Source: Ginkgo biloba
Taxonomy: Eukaryota; Plantae; Ginkgophyta
Assembly: GCA_024626585.2 (NCBI GenBank)
Contig: JANKJI020000002.1
Span: 207,264,370-207,287,851 of the forward strand
Reading direction: 5' to 3'
Length of the DNA: 23,482 nt
Shown here piece by piece: positions 10,790 to 21,818 of this stretch. The notes under the pieces are model-generated. The model was not told where the DNA came from. It did not search any database and was given only the letters and a program-made list of their open reading frames with translations. A program made the translations under genes and the position numbers. Numbering within the stretch: the stretch's first letter is position 1; each line of letters begins with the position of its first letter.

Positions 10790-11191
10790 CATCTGGCGAC
10801 AAGAAGTGACGACATGGCATCGACAGAGGATGTGGCATGACAAGAAGATGACATCGAGGCAAAACCACCTTGGAAAGGCAAAACCGCCTTATTGTAGGTC
10901 AAAACCATCGTAAGACAAGTCAAAACTGCCTTAAGGTAGGTCAAAACCACCTTAGAAGCGAAATTTCCTTGAGAAAGGTTAAAACAACTAGTCAAATAGC
11001 GTTGACTGAGTCAAAACAGCCCTTATCTCATGGTCAAAGGCCCTAGCGATGATGTGGCAACATTAATGATGATATGGTAGCCTAGATGATGATGTGGTAG
11101 CATGAAGCATGACATGGCAACAACATGAATGACCGCTGCAAACAACATAATTCGTTGGTCAACGGCAGTCAAAGTGGTCAAAACAACAGAC
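10790..11191. repeat. Degenerate short-unit repeat array (~19-22 bp), probably a TE noncoding region
   Basis: Repeated (g)gtcaaaacc(a/g)cctt-like units at 10858-10990, and multiple gacatggca/gatgtggca motifs. Confidence 0.65.
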
Positions 11192-11299
11192 NNNNNNNNN
11201 NNNNNNNNNNNNNNNNNNNNNNNNNNNNNNNNNNNNNNNNNNNNNNNNNNNNNNNNNNNNNNNNNNNNNNNNNNNNNNNNNNNNNNNNNNNGCAATGGA

Positions 11300-11640
11300 A
11301 GAACCAGAGACCAGACAAAATGTTTGAATTTGCTCCATTAAACAAGATACATTATCTCTCTCTGTTGCCACTTTTACATTCATATCATCCGCAAATTGTC
11401 CACGCAAAAATTGCTTGTGTTATGGGGAGAGTGATTTTCTTCAAACTTGAACTTACTTGGGCTTCTTCGAACAGATACGCAAGATCATCTACAATCAGAG
11501 CATACAAGAAAGAACCTAAAGGGAGACCTTGACGAATAGACCTTTGGAGTATAAACTCGCCTAAGAGATCTTCATTTATGACCACCTTGGTAGAGGCATT
11601 TGAAAATAATGTTTTAACCATCACTTCTTCAAAATTTTCT
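11300..11640 (-). mobile_element. L1-clade LINE reverse transcriptase fragment
   Basis: VVINEDLLGEFILQRSIRQGLPLGSFLYALIVDDL...KKITLP, then (frameshift) GQFADDMNV, matching the RQGxPL and FADD motifs. Confidence 0.85.
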
Positions 11641-11699
11641 CTAGAGTGACTCTTCGAAATGCAAACCTCTGCCTCAAGTGAAGTGGGTGATCTGCTACA

Positions 11700-12650
11700 T
11701 GGAAAAAATTAATGGCGGTATGAGCATGCCTAATTTGAGGGCTCGGGGGATATCATTAACAAGTAAGTAGATTATGAGGTGTCAAGGACAGGGAGTTTGA
11801 AAAGTACTGCAAAACTTTCAAATCTCTTAATTGCTTCCTCATAGTCTTAAATCTTTGGGGGGTTACTTAAGGCATAAATTATCATGGTTATGGTCAACTT
11901 TAGGGGAAAAGGGTTTGTGGTCTTAAGCACCACTACAGTGGTAGGCCTAGGGTCTTTTAGATCTATTCTATTAGGCCTATATTCTTCTAGGTATTTGCAG
12001 ATGGCTTCGAAGGTATTATAGAATTCTAGGCAATCTAGCTTGCCATGATCTGAGGTACCATGGACCCTACACCAGTTAGGTAGGGCATGGTCACAAATGT
12101 TGATCTTAGAGGTCCTACCACTAGTAGAAGGTTCTTGGTTATTTATTTTGGGATGATTGTACCTCTAATATAGGAATCCCTTAGTAGAGTTGTCATGATT
12201 CCCTATCTATCTCTGAAGGTTGACAAAGCCATTCCCCAACTTCTATACCATCCTCTAAAATTCCCGTAGCTCATTCTTGTTATGGTATTGGAGAGGTGTG
12301 TGAGTACTACCATTCATCAAGATTAAGTATGCACTAGGATTTTGAACAAATTTGGTGGCTTAGTTTTTTTCATGTCTTAACTATTGGTTTGGAGCAAGGC
12401 ATGCAAATGATAGGACGTTAGTTATTAGAACTGGATTGAGTGGTGGGGTATTCTAATTCATAATGAACCCAACAAGAAGAAGTTATCCCTGGGAATTAAG
12501 TTTCCTGTCAATGTTGATATCTTCTACAAAATATAATGATAGTGTATTGGCACCTATAACCCTTCTAAGGAAGATTGTGGTCATAGGATCAAAGGTATTC
12601 TTATGTATCTCTAGGGTCAGTGCATCAGCTAGATTGAATACAAGGGTGAT
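11700..12650 (-). mobile_element. Probable decayed Ty3/gypsy gag region
   Basis: PNWCRVHGTSDHGKLDCLEF at 12080-12021 is a Cx2Hx4Hx4C knuckle of the type seen in Tat-like gag. The flanks are stop-riddled and the boundaries are approximate. Confidence 0.45.
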
Positions 12651-12660
12651 TTGACTATAC

Positions 12661-12994
12661 CTTTCTGCTTTCCAACAGAATCAGGAGAAGGGCACCGTTC
12701 CTCTTCACCCCAGTCATGCGCTACAGTCCATGTGTTTTGAACTATGACTGGGTTCTCCGTAAGCTTATCTCCTTGAAGACGCACATTGTAATGCAATACA
12801 ATAGGAGGATCTGGCTCCCCTGGAAGTTGTGCTCCTGTAAGTTCAATTTGGAATTTACTAAGAAGCCCACTCGGAATGCCAACAATAGTGATGGAGGAAT
12901 CTTGAATAAGACCACAAGGAATCTGCAATATGAAACTCTCTGTCTGAAGTTCTGTAGCATTCATGGGGCTTAGAGAAAAGGGGCAAGCAGGTTT
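12661..12994 (-). pseudogene. GALT1: Isolated exon fragment of a GT31 beta-1,3-galactosyltransferase GALT1-like gene (galectin domain)
   Basis: KPACPFSLSPMNATELQTESFILQIPCGLIQDSSITIVGIPSGLLSKFQIELTGAQLPGEPDPPIVLHYNVRLQGDKLTENPVIVQNTWTVAHDWGEEERCPSPDSVGKQK closely matches plant GALT1 (CPxFLSKMNATE...LQIPCGLTQGSSITVIGIP...LPGEPDPPIIVHYNVRLLGDK..EDPVIVQN.WT...DWG.EERCP). It ends in AAAG|GTATAG (donor-like). There is an in-frame upstream stop at 13009-13007 and no AG acceptor between that stop and the start of homology. Confidence 0.9.
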
Positions 12995-13800
12995 CCAACA
13001 AGACCATCAGACCCTTGATCCTATTCTTAGACTTGGAGCTATTGTCGAGGATTCTAGACATAGGTGCTTAAAGGTCTATTGTTGCTTTATGGACTTTTGA
13101 AAAGCCTTCGATTTAGTATTGAGACATCTTCTTATAGAGAGACTATAGCGTTGAGCGTTGCAAATCTCTCTCTATTACTATAACTAGTACTTTATATGAG
13201 TGGGTCGTGGGTCAAACATGCACTGCATACAGATTCTCTGTAGAAAACCCGAGCACTATTGGAGTAAAGTATATGTCCTCTCTCTCCCACCTTGTTTGGC
13301 TTGTTTATTGAAGAGATTGGACAACACATATGGGAGGTCATACAAGGAGAGGATGGGTGTTTTCTCTGTGTCATCCTTCCCATTGTTGATGATGTTGTCC
13401 TTTTGTCCTCTACTCCGAAGGGGTTGTAGAGATAATTACATACTCTAGCTTCATTTTATGACGATTGATGCCTAGAGGTAAACCTTGGCAAGACCAAGGT
13501 CATGGTCTTCAAAATATCCGCCAGCACGACCTCATGATTTCATTTGACCTTCAGAAATCGAGTAGTTGATGTGGTATCCTCTTACACCTATCTGGGTGTA
13601 TAGTTTTATGGTCCTACCTCCAACATGTACCTAGCAACCTAGTCTCAGCTTTGGAAGAGATGCACCTTTCATTTCTTGAGGGACAATGCTATAGTTTTAG
13701 GATATACGTACTAAGTAGATGTTGTTTGACACCTTAGGAGGGTGATGACTCTATACGTTTTAGAGGTTTTGGGATTAAGCTTATTTACAACTAAGTGGGC
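12966..13800 (+). mobile_element. Decayed LINE reverse transcriptase (GQAGF type)
   Basis: GLREKGQAGFQQDHQTLDPILRLGAIVEDSRHRCLKVYCCFMDF*KAFDLV; STIGVK..CPLS.TLFGLFIEE; IVDDVVLLSSTP; EVNLGKTKVMVF; YTYLGV*F. The RT motifs are in order, with stops and frameshifts. Confidence 0.9.
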
Positions 13801-15286
13801 ANNNNNNNNNNNNNNNNNNNNNNNNNNNNNNNNNNNNNNNNNNNNNNNNNNNNNNNNNNNNNNNNNNNNNNNNNNNNNNNNNNNNNNNNNNNNNNNNNNN
13901 NAGAGTGTGCTTCCATCAACTTTAGGTAGAAGCAAACCATCATATACCCAAAGATTAACGTATTTGTAGACTTTGTTTACTGGAGGTAAACATAGAGGAG
14001 TGCTTCATCTTTTAATATCCAGTTTTCTATGAGATTGGGGGAACGTATTACTTGCTTTTAAGGGAGATAGGAGGATCTCTCTATACATTGATTTCATATA
14101 GGGATTAATGATGTGTGTCNNNNNNNNNNNNNNNNNNNNNNNNNNNNNNNNNNNNNNNNNNNNNNNNNNNNNNNNNTATGACATAGAGTTCAAATAGAGT
14201 CTAGTGCATCATCTCCTCCTTTCAACTAGTGATAGGGAAGAAGCATTGGGGGGAGACATGCAGGGCCTTTAACAAGGCACCCAACATTGTTTAGAGACTG
14301 GGACTAATTGTCGCCAGCCTTATACATAGACTAGCATGGGACACCATAGGTGCACTAGAGTAGGTTCTTATAGGATCGAGAGACGAATCTAGATCTAGGG
14401 GATGCAAACTCATCACTAGTTTGTTGCAGCTACATAGAGCAACTTCGGTCTTGGATGCTAGGAGTGGGAGTAGGGTAGACAGGCAAACAACCACGGACAA
14501 CGTGACTGCGGAGGAGATCATTAGATAGACCTTGGGTGATTTTGTAATTATGGATGAGCCCTAGATCTCTCACTACAAGATTGATAGTTTTTCAACGATC
14601 TTGCTTGGTACTTTAAGGGATTTTAATAAACCTTGGGTTGGAGTGTAGAACACCCCCCCCTTTAGAAGGGCCCTTGTNNNNNNNNNNNNNNNNNNNNNNN
14701 NNNNNNCATCACTTGTTGTTGTTTATTTAGAGCCTTCTTGGTAGAGTTCTCTATTGGGTTTTAGCTTCAGCACTAGCAACACTCCTTTGGTTTGTCACAT
14801 TTGTGTGCATTATTATAGTTCCACTTAATTACTTCTTGGTCATTTGTAGAAATTAATATATTATCATTTTATTTCATTTTCATTTCTTTTACCACCACTA
14901 GTTCCACCTCCAGGGAATCCAAGACATCCTTNNNNNNNNNNNNNNNNNNNNNNNNNNNNNNNNNNNNNNNNCTGATGGGAAGATTAATGTAGAGAAGCTA
15001 GAGACAAATTCAAGCTCCCTAAGGATATTATTCTCATCATCTTTGTGAGAGTTTGCAAAAGTTTACCTTTGGTAGATCTAAGATATTGAAGAAGGCTTTT
15101 TTTTGGTGGGAGTCATTTTGTAGGGAATGGGATCAAGATGTTTGTCTCCAATAACATTATTGGCATATTTTGAGATGGAGTTGAGCNNNNNNNNNNNNNN
15201 NNNNNNNNNNNNNNNNNNNNNNNNNNNNNNNNNNNNNNNNNNNNNNNNNNNNNNNNNNNNNNNNNNNNNNNNNNNNNNNNNNNNNN

Positions 15287-16100
15287 TTTTACAGATTACA
15301 AATTCTGAAAAGAAGAGAGCTTGATTCTGCTCTAATAGCAAGAAAATTCATCTCCTCCTTTCAGTTCTTTCTCCCTATCCTTTGGTTTGTCCTCTGTCCT
15401 TTGTCTCTCTGTTCAGTCCTCTGTTCTGCTTTTTTCTTCACTGTACCTTGGAATTCTGCTTCCAAAACTGCTGAAGAGTCTTTTGACCTTCTGAATACCC
15501 AAACGGTCGAGTTAGGATCTGAATTTTGGAGGGATGGTAGAGGATGATGCCATCTTGCTACAGTCTGAAATTCAACTCCTGAAACTGCCTGAGTGATGAA
15601 TTATTAGCGAAATACGTTTTTCTATAATTCACACTTTTCAGGGGATAAACGAACTTGTTTTGACCCGAATTTTGGACAACTTATGCTTTTCGGTGTCTCG
15701 CAACTACAGTGCAAATTTTGCCAAATTTTGAGTCCATACACGAAAGTTACGGTCAAAATATAGTTGGTAGTTTTTGTCCTGTTGCACCTCCGTTTGTCGA
15801 ACGACACTATCCCATTCGTCAAACGACTTAGTGTTGTTCGTCGAATGACTTCGTCCGTTTGTCGAACGACACTAACCCAGTTTGTCGAAAATAACCAAAA
15901 ATGAAAGGCAACTAGTAAAATGGGCATATCTTTTAAATTGTAGCTCCGTTTTTTGCACTCTTGGTACCGATTCAAAACTAACGGACAAGGCTACAACTTT
16001 CCTTCACTGATATGCTAAAAATATACGAATTTTGCCCACTTTTCTCTACAACCTGATTGACTTGAAAATAACAGAAAATCAACTTGGATTCAAAAAATGG
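15287..16100. mobile_element. Probable gypsy LTR/UTR fragment with internal repeats
   Basis: CpG-richer than its surroundings. cgtttgtcgaacgacacta occurs exactly at 15791 and 15856, with further degenerate copies. tagctccgtttt...aaacta...ctacaacttt resembles motifs I associate with plant gypsy LTRs. Confidence 0.45.
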
Positions 16101-16379
16101 ATCGCCAACTCATCATCATGATGACACCACCTCCCATTTTCAGTTTAAATGGTCACCGCCCCTTCGACACTATACCAAAACCATAACATTTAGAAACAAC
16201 GCACAATAGGCAAATGATCAGCTGCTAAGTAATGGAGATTGGAAGTGGGTTCAAACAACTAATGACTGACTATAGAAGTTGTAGCAACTAGGACAATGTC
16301 GAAGCACATTCCATGTTTGATATCGAGTTTAAGGAGCATCACATTCCTTGGCATCATGAAGAATTTTGAAGCTTCGAAG

Positions 16380-17010
16380 CCATGCACCTGATCAAGCAAG
16401 CATTGAAGTAGGCCCAACGCGCCTCATATTTGTTGATGCCTTTAATCTTCTATGACCCTGCAAAATTTTCCTCGATTGTCAATATGGTTGCCATGTGTCC
16501 TAACATACTCACCATTTTGGAGATGACCATCCACGAGTTAACAGGGTTACCAGTTGATGGACTTGAGGTACCTGTAGTGGTGCGAGAGGACAAGCAGGTT
16601 ATTGCAGAACAATACTACATGCACTTGTTGGATGCCAACACTTTTAGCAGTAGGGTGGACGAGTTGAAAGATCCCAACTTGAGATAGATCATCCAATATC
16701 AGGAACTAGAAGGCTACCCATATCTCGATGTAGCCAAGGACAACAATACAACAAGTCCAAGTAGTTGCCAAGTATAATTGGTGTGCTTTTATTCATTTTT
16801 GCATGTTGGCTTTATTGAAGAAGATCAGAGAAGCACCTGCATCGTCATCATTTTTCATGCCCACCATTTTCACTAGATTGCTACTAGTGCAATGCTTATT
16901 AGAGCTCAGGCTCTTGATAGTTGATAGTAGCCCCAAATTTCCTAGGCTGGTAAGATGGTTTGAGAAATATTTGAAGGTAAATGTTGCAGATGACGATAGG
17001 TCATATTGAG
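16380..17010 (+). mobile_element. Decayed TE accessory ORF resembling plant mobile domain (PMD)/DUF1985-type proteins
   Basis: ILTILEMTIHELTGLPVDGLEVPV (cf. T.TL.DV..I.GLP.xG..V) and RLLLVQCLLEL...PKFPRLVRWF (cf. LLQ.W..E...PR..RW), with stops in between. Confidence 0.5.
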
Positions 17011-17544
17011 AAATAAATATGACAATGGATGATGCGGGGTATGAAAGCCAAAGAAGAAAAACGATGGGGCCTCGGTCACTAGCTAGGACTTGGCCCTAGA
17101 GAAAGAAAATGAGGAAACAAAAAGAAAAAGAGTAGGAAAGAACTTGCGAAGGAGGAGGTTCCCACTATAGTGATTCTGGAGGTTCATCTTCCACAAATTG
17201 AGGAGCTTGTCACGAGGAATACTTGCGATAGAGGTGTCAAAGTAGGAACTCCTACAAAATCCTAGGTTAGTCCATCAATAGAGATTATTCCATGACCAAA
17301 CTGGGTAAGAGCAGTTTTGGATGGGCATATCAAATTGGCTTAGAGTGACCCAACAAAGGTGTTTGAAGAAGGATTGGATAAGGAAGAATGTGAACTATTG
17401 AATCATGAGTCATGGACGCCAACATTCAACACCAATGTCATTAATATATTAGTGCAAGATTTGGTGCGGAAAGTGAAGGATCTGGCTCGACGCGTGAGAG
17501 AAGAGAGTTTAGATGCTTGAGATAAAACACAGGAGGCCAAGCAA

Positions 17545-18030
17545 AAAATCAAATTTATCAAAGATTTTGTCGAAATAGTTGTCCCTTTGAACGACTTACT
17601 TGATAGCAACACACCATTTAAATGTGATGAAAAAATTGAACAAAGTTTTGAAAACCTAAAATTCACCCTCACTACTACCCTAGTCTTCGTCATTCCAACA
17701 CTCGAGAAAACATACAAAGCAATTATAGATGCCTTTAATAAAACTATTGGGGCAATATTAATGTAAGATGACCACCCAAATTTAAATTTTAGTTGCTCTA
17801 TGAATCAAACATAGCAAAAGTACTATATTTAAGTGAAGGAATTCTTAGCACTAAAAGAACCACTTTGCAACACTACTTAGAATGCAATCAAATCATTCTG
17901 AAGACTAATCACTAGTCACTACAATATCTATTCTCGCAATCAAGCATTGATAAACACTACATCAAATGGATGGGATTCCTTGCTAATTTGCATCACTTCC
18001 CGATCATCCATATTCTAGGATAAAAAGCTC
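17545..18030 (+). mobile_element. Ty3/gypsy RT-end/RNase H remnant
   Basis: KFIKDFVEIVVPLNDLL..NTPFKCDEKIEQSFENLKFTLTTTLVFVIPTLEKTYKAIIDAFNKTIGAILM*DDHP...VKEFLAL...ILKTNH*SLQYLFSQ...IKWMGFL. Confidence 0.85.
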
Positions 18031-18765
18031 TAGTCTTCAATGACTTGAGAGAAAAAGAAGTATTTGCCATCATAAAGGCAATACTTGATTGTGTTGAAAA
18101 CACAAAAAAATTATACCTAGAAGATCTCGANNNNNNNNNNNNNNNNNNNNNNNNNNNNNNNNNNNNNNNNNNNNNNNNNNNNNNNNNNNNNNNNNNNNNN
18201 NNNNNNNNNNNNNNNNNNNNNNNNNNNNNNAAAGGTTTATGCCCAACTTTGACAAGAAAATTCCCGCAGGATTGGAGGAGATTATTCCAAAACTAGGAGC
18301 TTGGGCATTTTTACTTGATCGAGAGCGGAATGAGCTAGCAAATTTGAAATTAAAACAAGCAAAACCAATGATGGCAGCTATCAAAGCTTAGGAGGCAACC
18401 AAAGAAGCACAAAGGAAATTCAAGGAGTTGCTAGGCAATGCTAAGGAAACGAAAAAACAATTGGCAACAATTAAACCACAATTGACGCAGGCCAACAACT
18501 TGCATCAGTTGGAAACACACTAGCTTGAGAAAACAAACAAGGAATTAGTTTGCTTGTTGTAACAATATAGTATCCCACTTCCACCAATTGTTCAAAGCTT
18601 ATCAAAGCAATGGACAAAATAAAACTTTTAAAGGAGGTAGCCTATTAGGGAGTTTAAATTTTTTTGTGATTGAATGAGTATGTTCAATGGTGGTGGTTGG
18701 TGAGATGTATGCCAAATATTTGGTACATAGTAGAAGCTTTAGTTGTAGTGATTTTGACAGTTTTC

Positions 18766-18990
18766 GATTGCAATGAAAGCCAATTATGAGTCGTAACATG
18801 TTCGTAGTACTTGGTCGCAATAGGTTTTCTAGTTATTGGTTGCAACGAAAGTTAGCTATCGGTCGAAACATGTTCATAGTACTTGGTCGCAATAGGTTTT
18901 TTAGTTATTAGTTGCAATATGTTTGCAGTACTTGGTCGTAGTCGATTTCCTAGTTATTAATCGCAACATGTTTGTAGTACCCAGTTGCAA
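18766..18990. repeat. Tandem repeat with 72/49/49-bp periods
   Basis: Core (t/c)agtac(ttggtcg) at 18805, 18877, 18926 and 18975. Confidence 0.85.
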
Positions 18991-19249
18991 GCAGACAAAT
19001 GGATAATGACCTAACAGAGCGGACTTAACTCTATTTGTATAAATGATAATCGGTTAGTCCTTGTTTATGACGGGCCCACAATAGGCTTAGGCATGGAAAA
19101 TCATTCCCTATACTATGTGTTGAATGGTCTCGTGATATCTTCTAATGGAAAATGCCAAAATAATCTACTCTACCTTAAACCATCCATTAGGTACCCCCAC
19201 ATAGCTCTACATAAGAGCATCAAGGTGGTTATCTAACCCTCCTAATGCA

Positions 19250-20300
19250 ACATGATTGAGCCCTTCTAAGGAGCAAGGCATCACACCTTTGGCCTTGGAC
19301 TAAATTGTCTTTCAATTCACCTACCTAATTCTAATGCCTTGAAATCGAGTGTCTTTTAGTTGTCCTACCTGGCCCCAAATAGCCTCACTGATGAGCCAAA
19401 AGGGATTTAAGCACCTAGAGGGGATGTCACATGACTTAGGATTGTAAGAGGATTATGTCCTAAGGGCTTATGGTTGTGGATGAGTGGATAACTCATATCT
19501 TGTTATTAAAACTAAGAATACTGTGCACACTTAATTACTTATTTTTTTTTAGGAGCTTTTTTACTTCGAATAGACCTAAGATGCTATCTACATGTGCACA
19601 CTATTTTGCATATGCTTCTAGAAGACTTTGAGGCCCTTTATACATATATATATATATGCACACACCTTATCCACACGTGACAACATCTATTTTTCTATCT
19701 ATTTTGTGTAGAGCCCCAAATTGGGTACGATTTAGTCATGGAAATGGTATAAGCATAACACATCCACGATTTCGCTAATCCTTCAGACTGGAACTATGGG
19801 TTTGTGGAGACATTTCGTGTTACATTCTATTTGGAATCTATAATCTAACCAATGAAGTATGTGTTAGACATCCATTAATTAGGAGTTGAGATATCAATTT
19901 TGGAGTTGGGTTGCTAAGGCATCCTAAATTGAACATCAAATGTTGTGTTTACCTTTAGCTAGCAGTTCCATGAGGTAGGGCCTGTTGTGCCCTTTAGGAG
20001 GAGGGGTAATGTGCCCTAAGAGGAGGTTGCATGAGAAAGTTATGACCATTTGTAGTTTTACATTCATGTAGTTTTCACTTTGCAATTTCATTTCCCCATT
20101 TTCAACATTTAACCCAACCAAATCTCCTACTACTCTTGATAATGCCAAAATAATGTGTATGTGCATCGACCTTAAGAGGGCAACACCACTTATCAATCCA
20201 AAAAAAGTTTCCACTCTAAGATAATGAACAATAGGATGGCATACGAATGCCCACTTAATTAGGCTTCAATGGGTTTGTTGATGTCTCAATCCAAACATTA
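19250..20300 (-). mobile_element. Possible highly decayed L1 ORF2 C-terminal region
   Basis: GNFFWIDKW..PL near 20200 (cf. FW.D.W) and a Trp-rich FWLISEAIWGQ...RFQG near 19400. Weak. Confidence 0.3.
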
Positions 20301-20834
20301 CCAATTTCAAGTTTTCTTATTTTACAATTTTGTTTACTAGTACTAGACTATTAAGTCCTAGCCCTAGCTAAAACCTATCACTATGACAATAAAGTATAGT
20401 GAATCTTTAGGATTTCACTACTCAAATTTAGCATAAAGTGATATAATCCATGGAAATAAAACTGCATACACATAAAACATGCCCCATAAAATAAATAATC
20501 CATGTCACAAAAACCAAAGAGATCATGATATAATGCTTATTATATCACAAGGGCTCACTAATGTATAAAATACCGCGTGAGCAAATGCTCTACAAAAATA
20601 TTCTTAGTCAATTTATTATTACAAATGGGCCTCTTTAGCCTAAGCTCTAGCCTACCTAGCACATAATTACGGTTGTCATTACAAACATCGACCCACCACT
20701 ATGTAATTGTTATAATCAGTCGTGGCCATATANNNNNNNNNNNNNNNNNNNNNNNNNNNNNNNNNNNNNNNNNNNNNNNNNNNNNNNNNNNNNNNNNNNN
20801 NNNNNNNNNNNNNNNNNNNNNNNNNNNNNNNNCC

Positions 20835-21795
20835 CAAGAGAAAGCATATAATACTTTTAAAAAGAAGGCTTGTGAAGCATCGATGTTGGGCCTTCCAAAT
20901 CTACATAAGCCATTTGAAATTGAAGCAGATGCATCGAGTTATGCACTAGGAATTGTGCTAATGCAAGAAGGGAGACCGATTGCATACCATTCCGAAAGTT
21001 TTGGGGAGTTGCTTTGAATTATCCAACATATGATAAAGAGCTCTTTGCTATGCATCAAGCGATGAAGCATTAGAGAATATACATTTTGGGTAAAGAGACG
21101 GTGATCCATACTAATCACAAGCCACTTCAATTTCTACAAACATAGTCAAAGTTGCAGCAAGCAAGGCATGCTAAATGGATGTCTTACCTACAACAATTCA
21201 ATCTTGTCATAAAGTACAAGAAGGAGGTGACATACAAGATGGTTGACTTGATGTCCAGACCTCCTAAATCAACAACTCTCACAGTTGTCATGGATTTGTA
21301 GCCATTTCCACTTGAATATTTTTGCATCTAGTATGAAGGAGATAGAGATTTCCCTCCAGTTATGGTAGCATTGCAATAAGGGGAGCAAAAAATGGACTTT
21401 TATCTTCAAGGTCTATTGTACAAAAATAACAAGTTGTGTATTCCATAAGGAGAGTGTCGAATTGCCTTGTTAAGGAAGCTCATGCTTCTAAAGTAGTAGA
21501 ACATTTTGGAGCTAGAAAAACACTTTTAAATTTGCAAAGGTATGTGTATTGGCCACGTATGCAAATTGATGTTTCTACATTCATCAAGGGATGTGTGTTT
21601 TGCAGTACATCAAAGCCTATCAATCGGAAACTAGGTTTGTATACACCGTTATTGGTTCCGAGCCGACTGTGGGAGAGCATCTCCATGGATTTTCTTGGAG
21701 GATTGCCAGAGACCCAGCAAGGTCATGACTACTTGTTGGTGGTAGTGGACAGATTCAATAAAATGACAGTGTTGATTCCTTGCAAAAAGATATAG
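20835..21795 (+). mobile_element. Ty3/gypsy (chromovirus-like) pol remnant: RNase H plus integrase N-terminal half
   Basis: LGLPNLHKPFEIEADASSYALGIVLMQEGRPIAYHSE; NYPTYDKELFAM; TNHKPLQFL; RHAKWMSYLQQF; zinc finger EAH...HFG..KT...YVYWPRM..DV..FIKGCVFC; WESISMDFLGGLP; VVVDRFNKM. Stops and frameshifts are present, and it truncates at IPCKK. Confidence 0.93.
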
Positions 21796-21818
21796 GATAT
21801 ACATAAGAATTCTAAAGG

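Noticed and set aside
2522-12994. RLK, CCT5, GILT and GALT1 as a functional gene cluster
   Set aside because: All but GILT are fragments, and they lie on blocks separated by unknown-size gaps.
13902-15186. Possible gag/LTR remnants
   Set aside because: No diagnostic motif I can support.
18231-18600. Coiled-coil-like reading frame
   Set aside because: Multiple stops and no recognisable family. Likely decayed TE accessory sequence.
10790-18990. Short repeat arrays as CRISPR-like arrays
   Set aside because: Degenerate tandem units without constant repeats and unique spacers, no cas genes, and a eukaryotic TE context.
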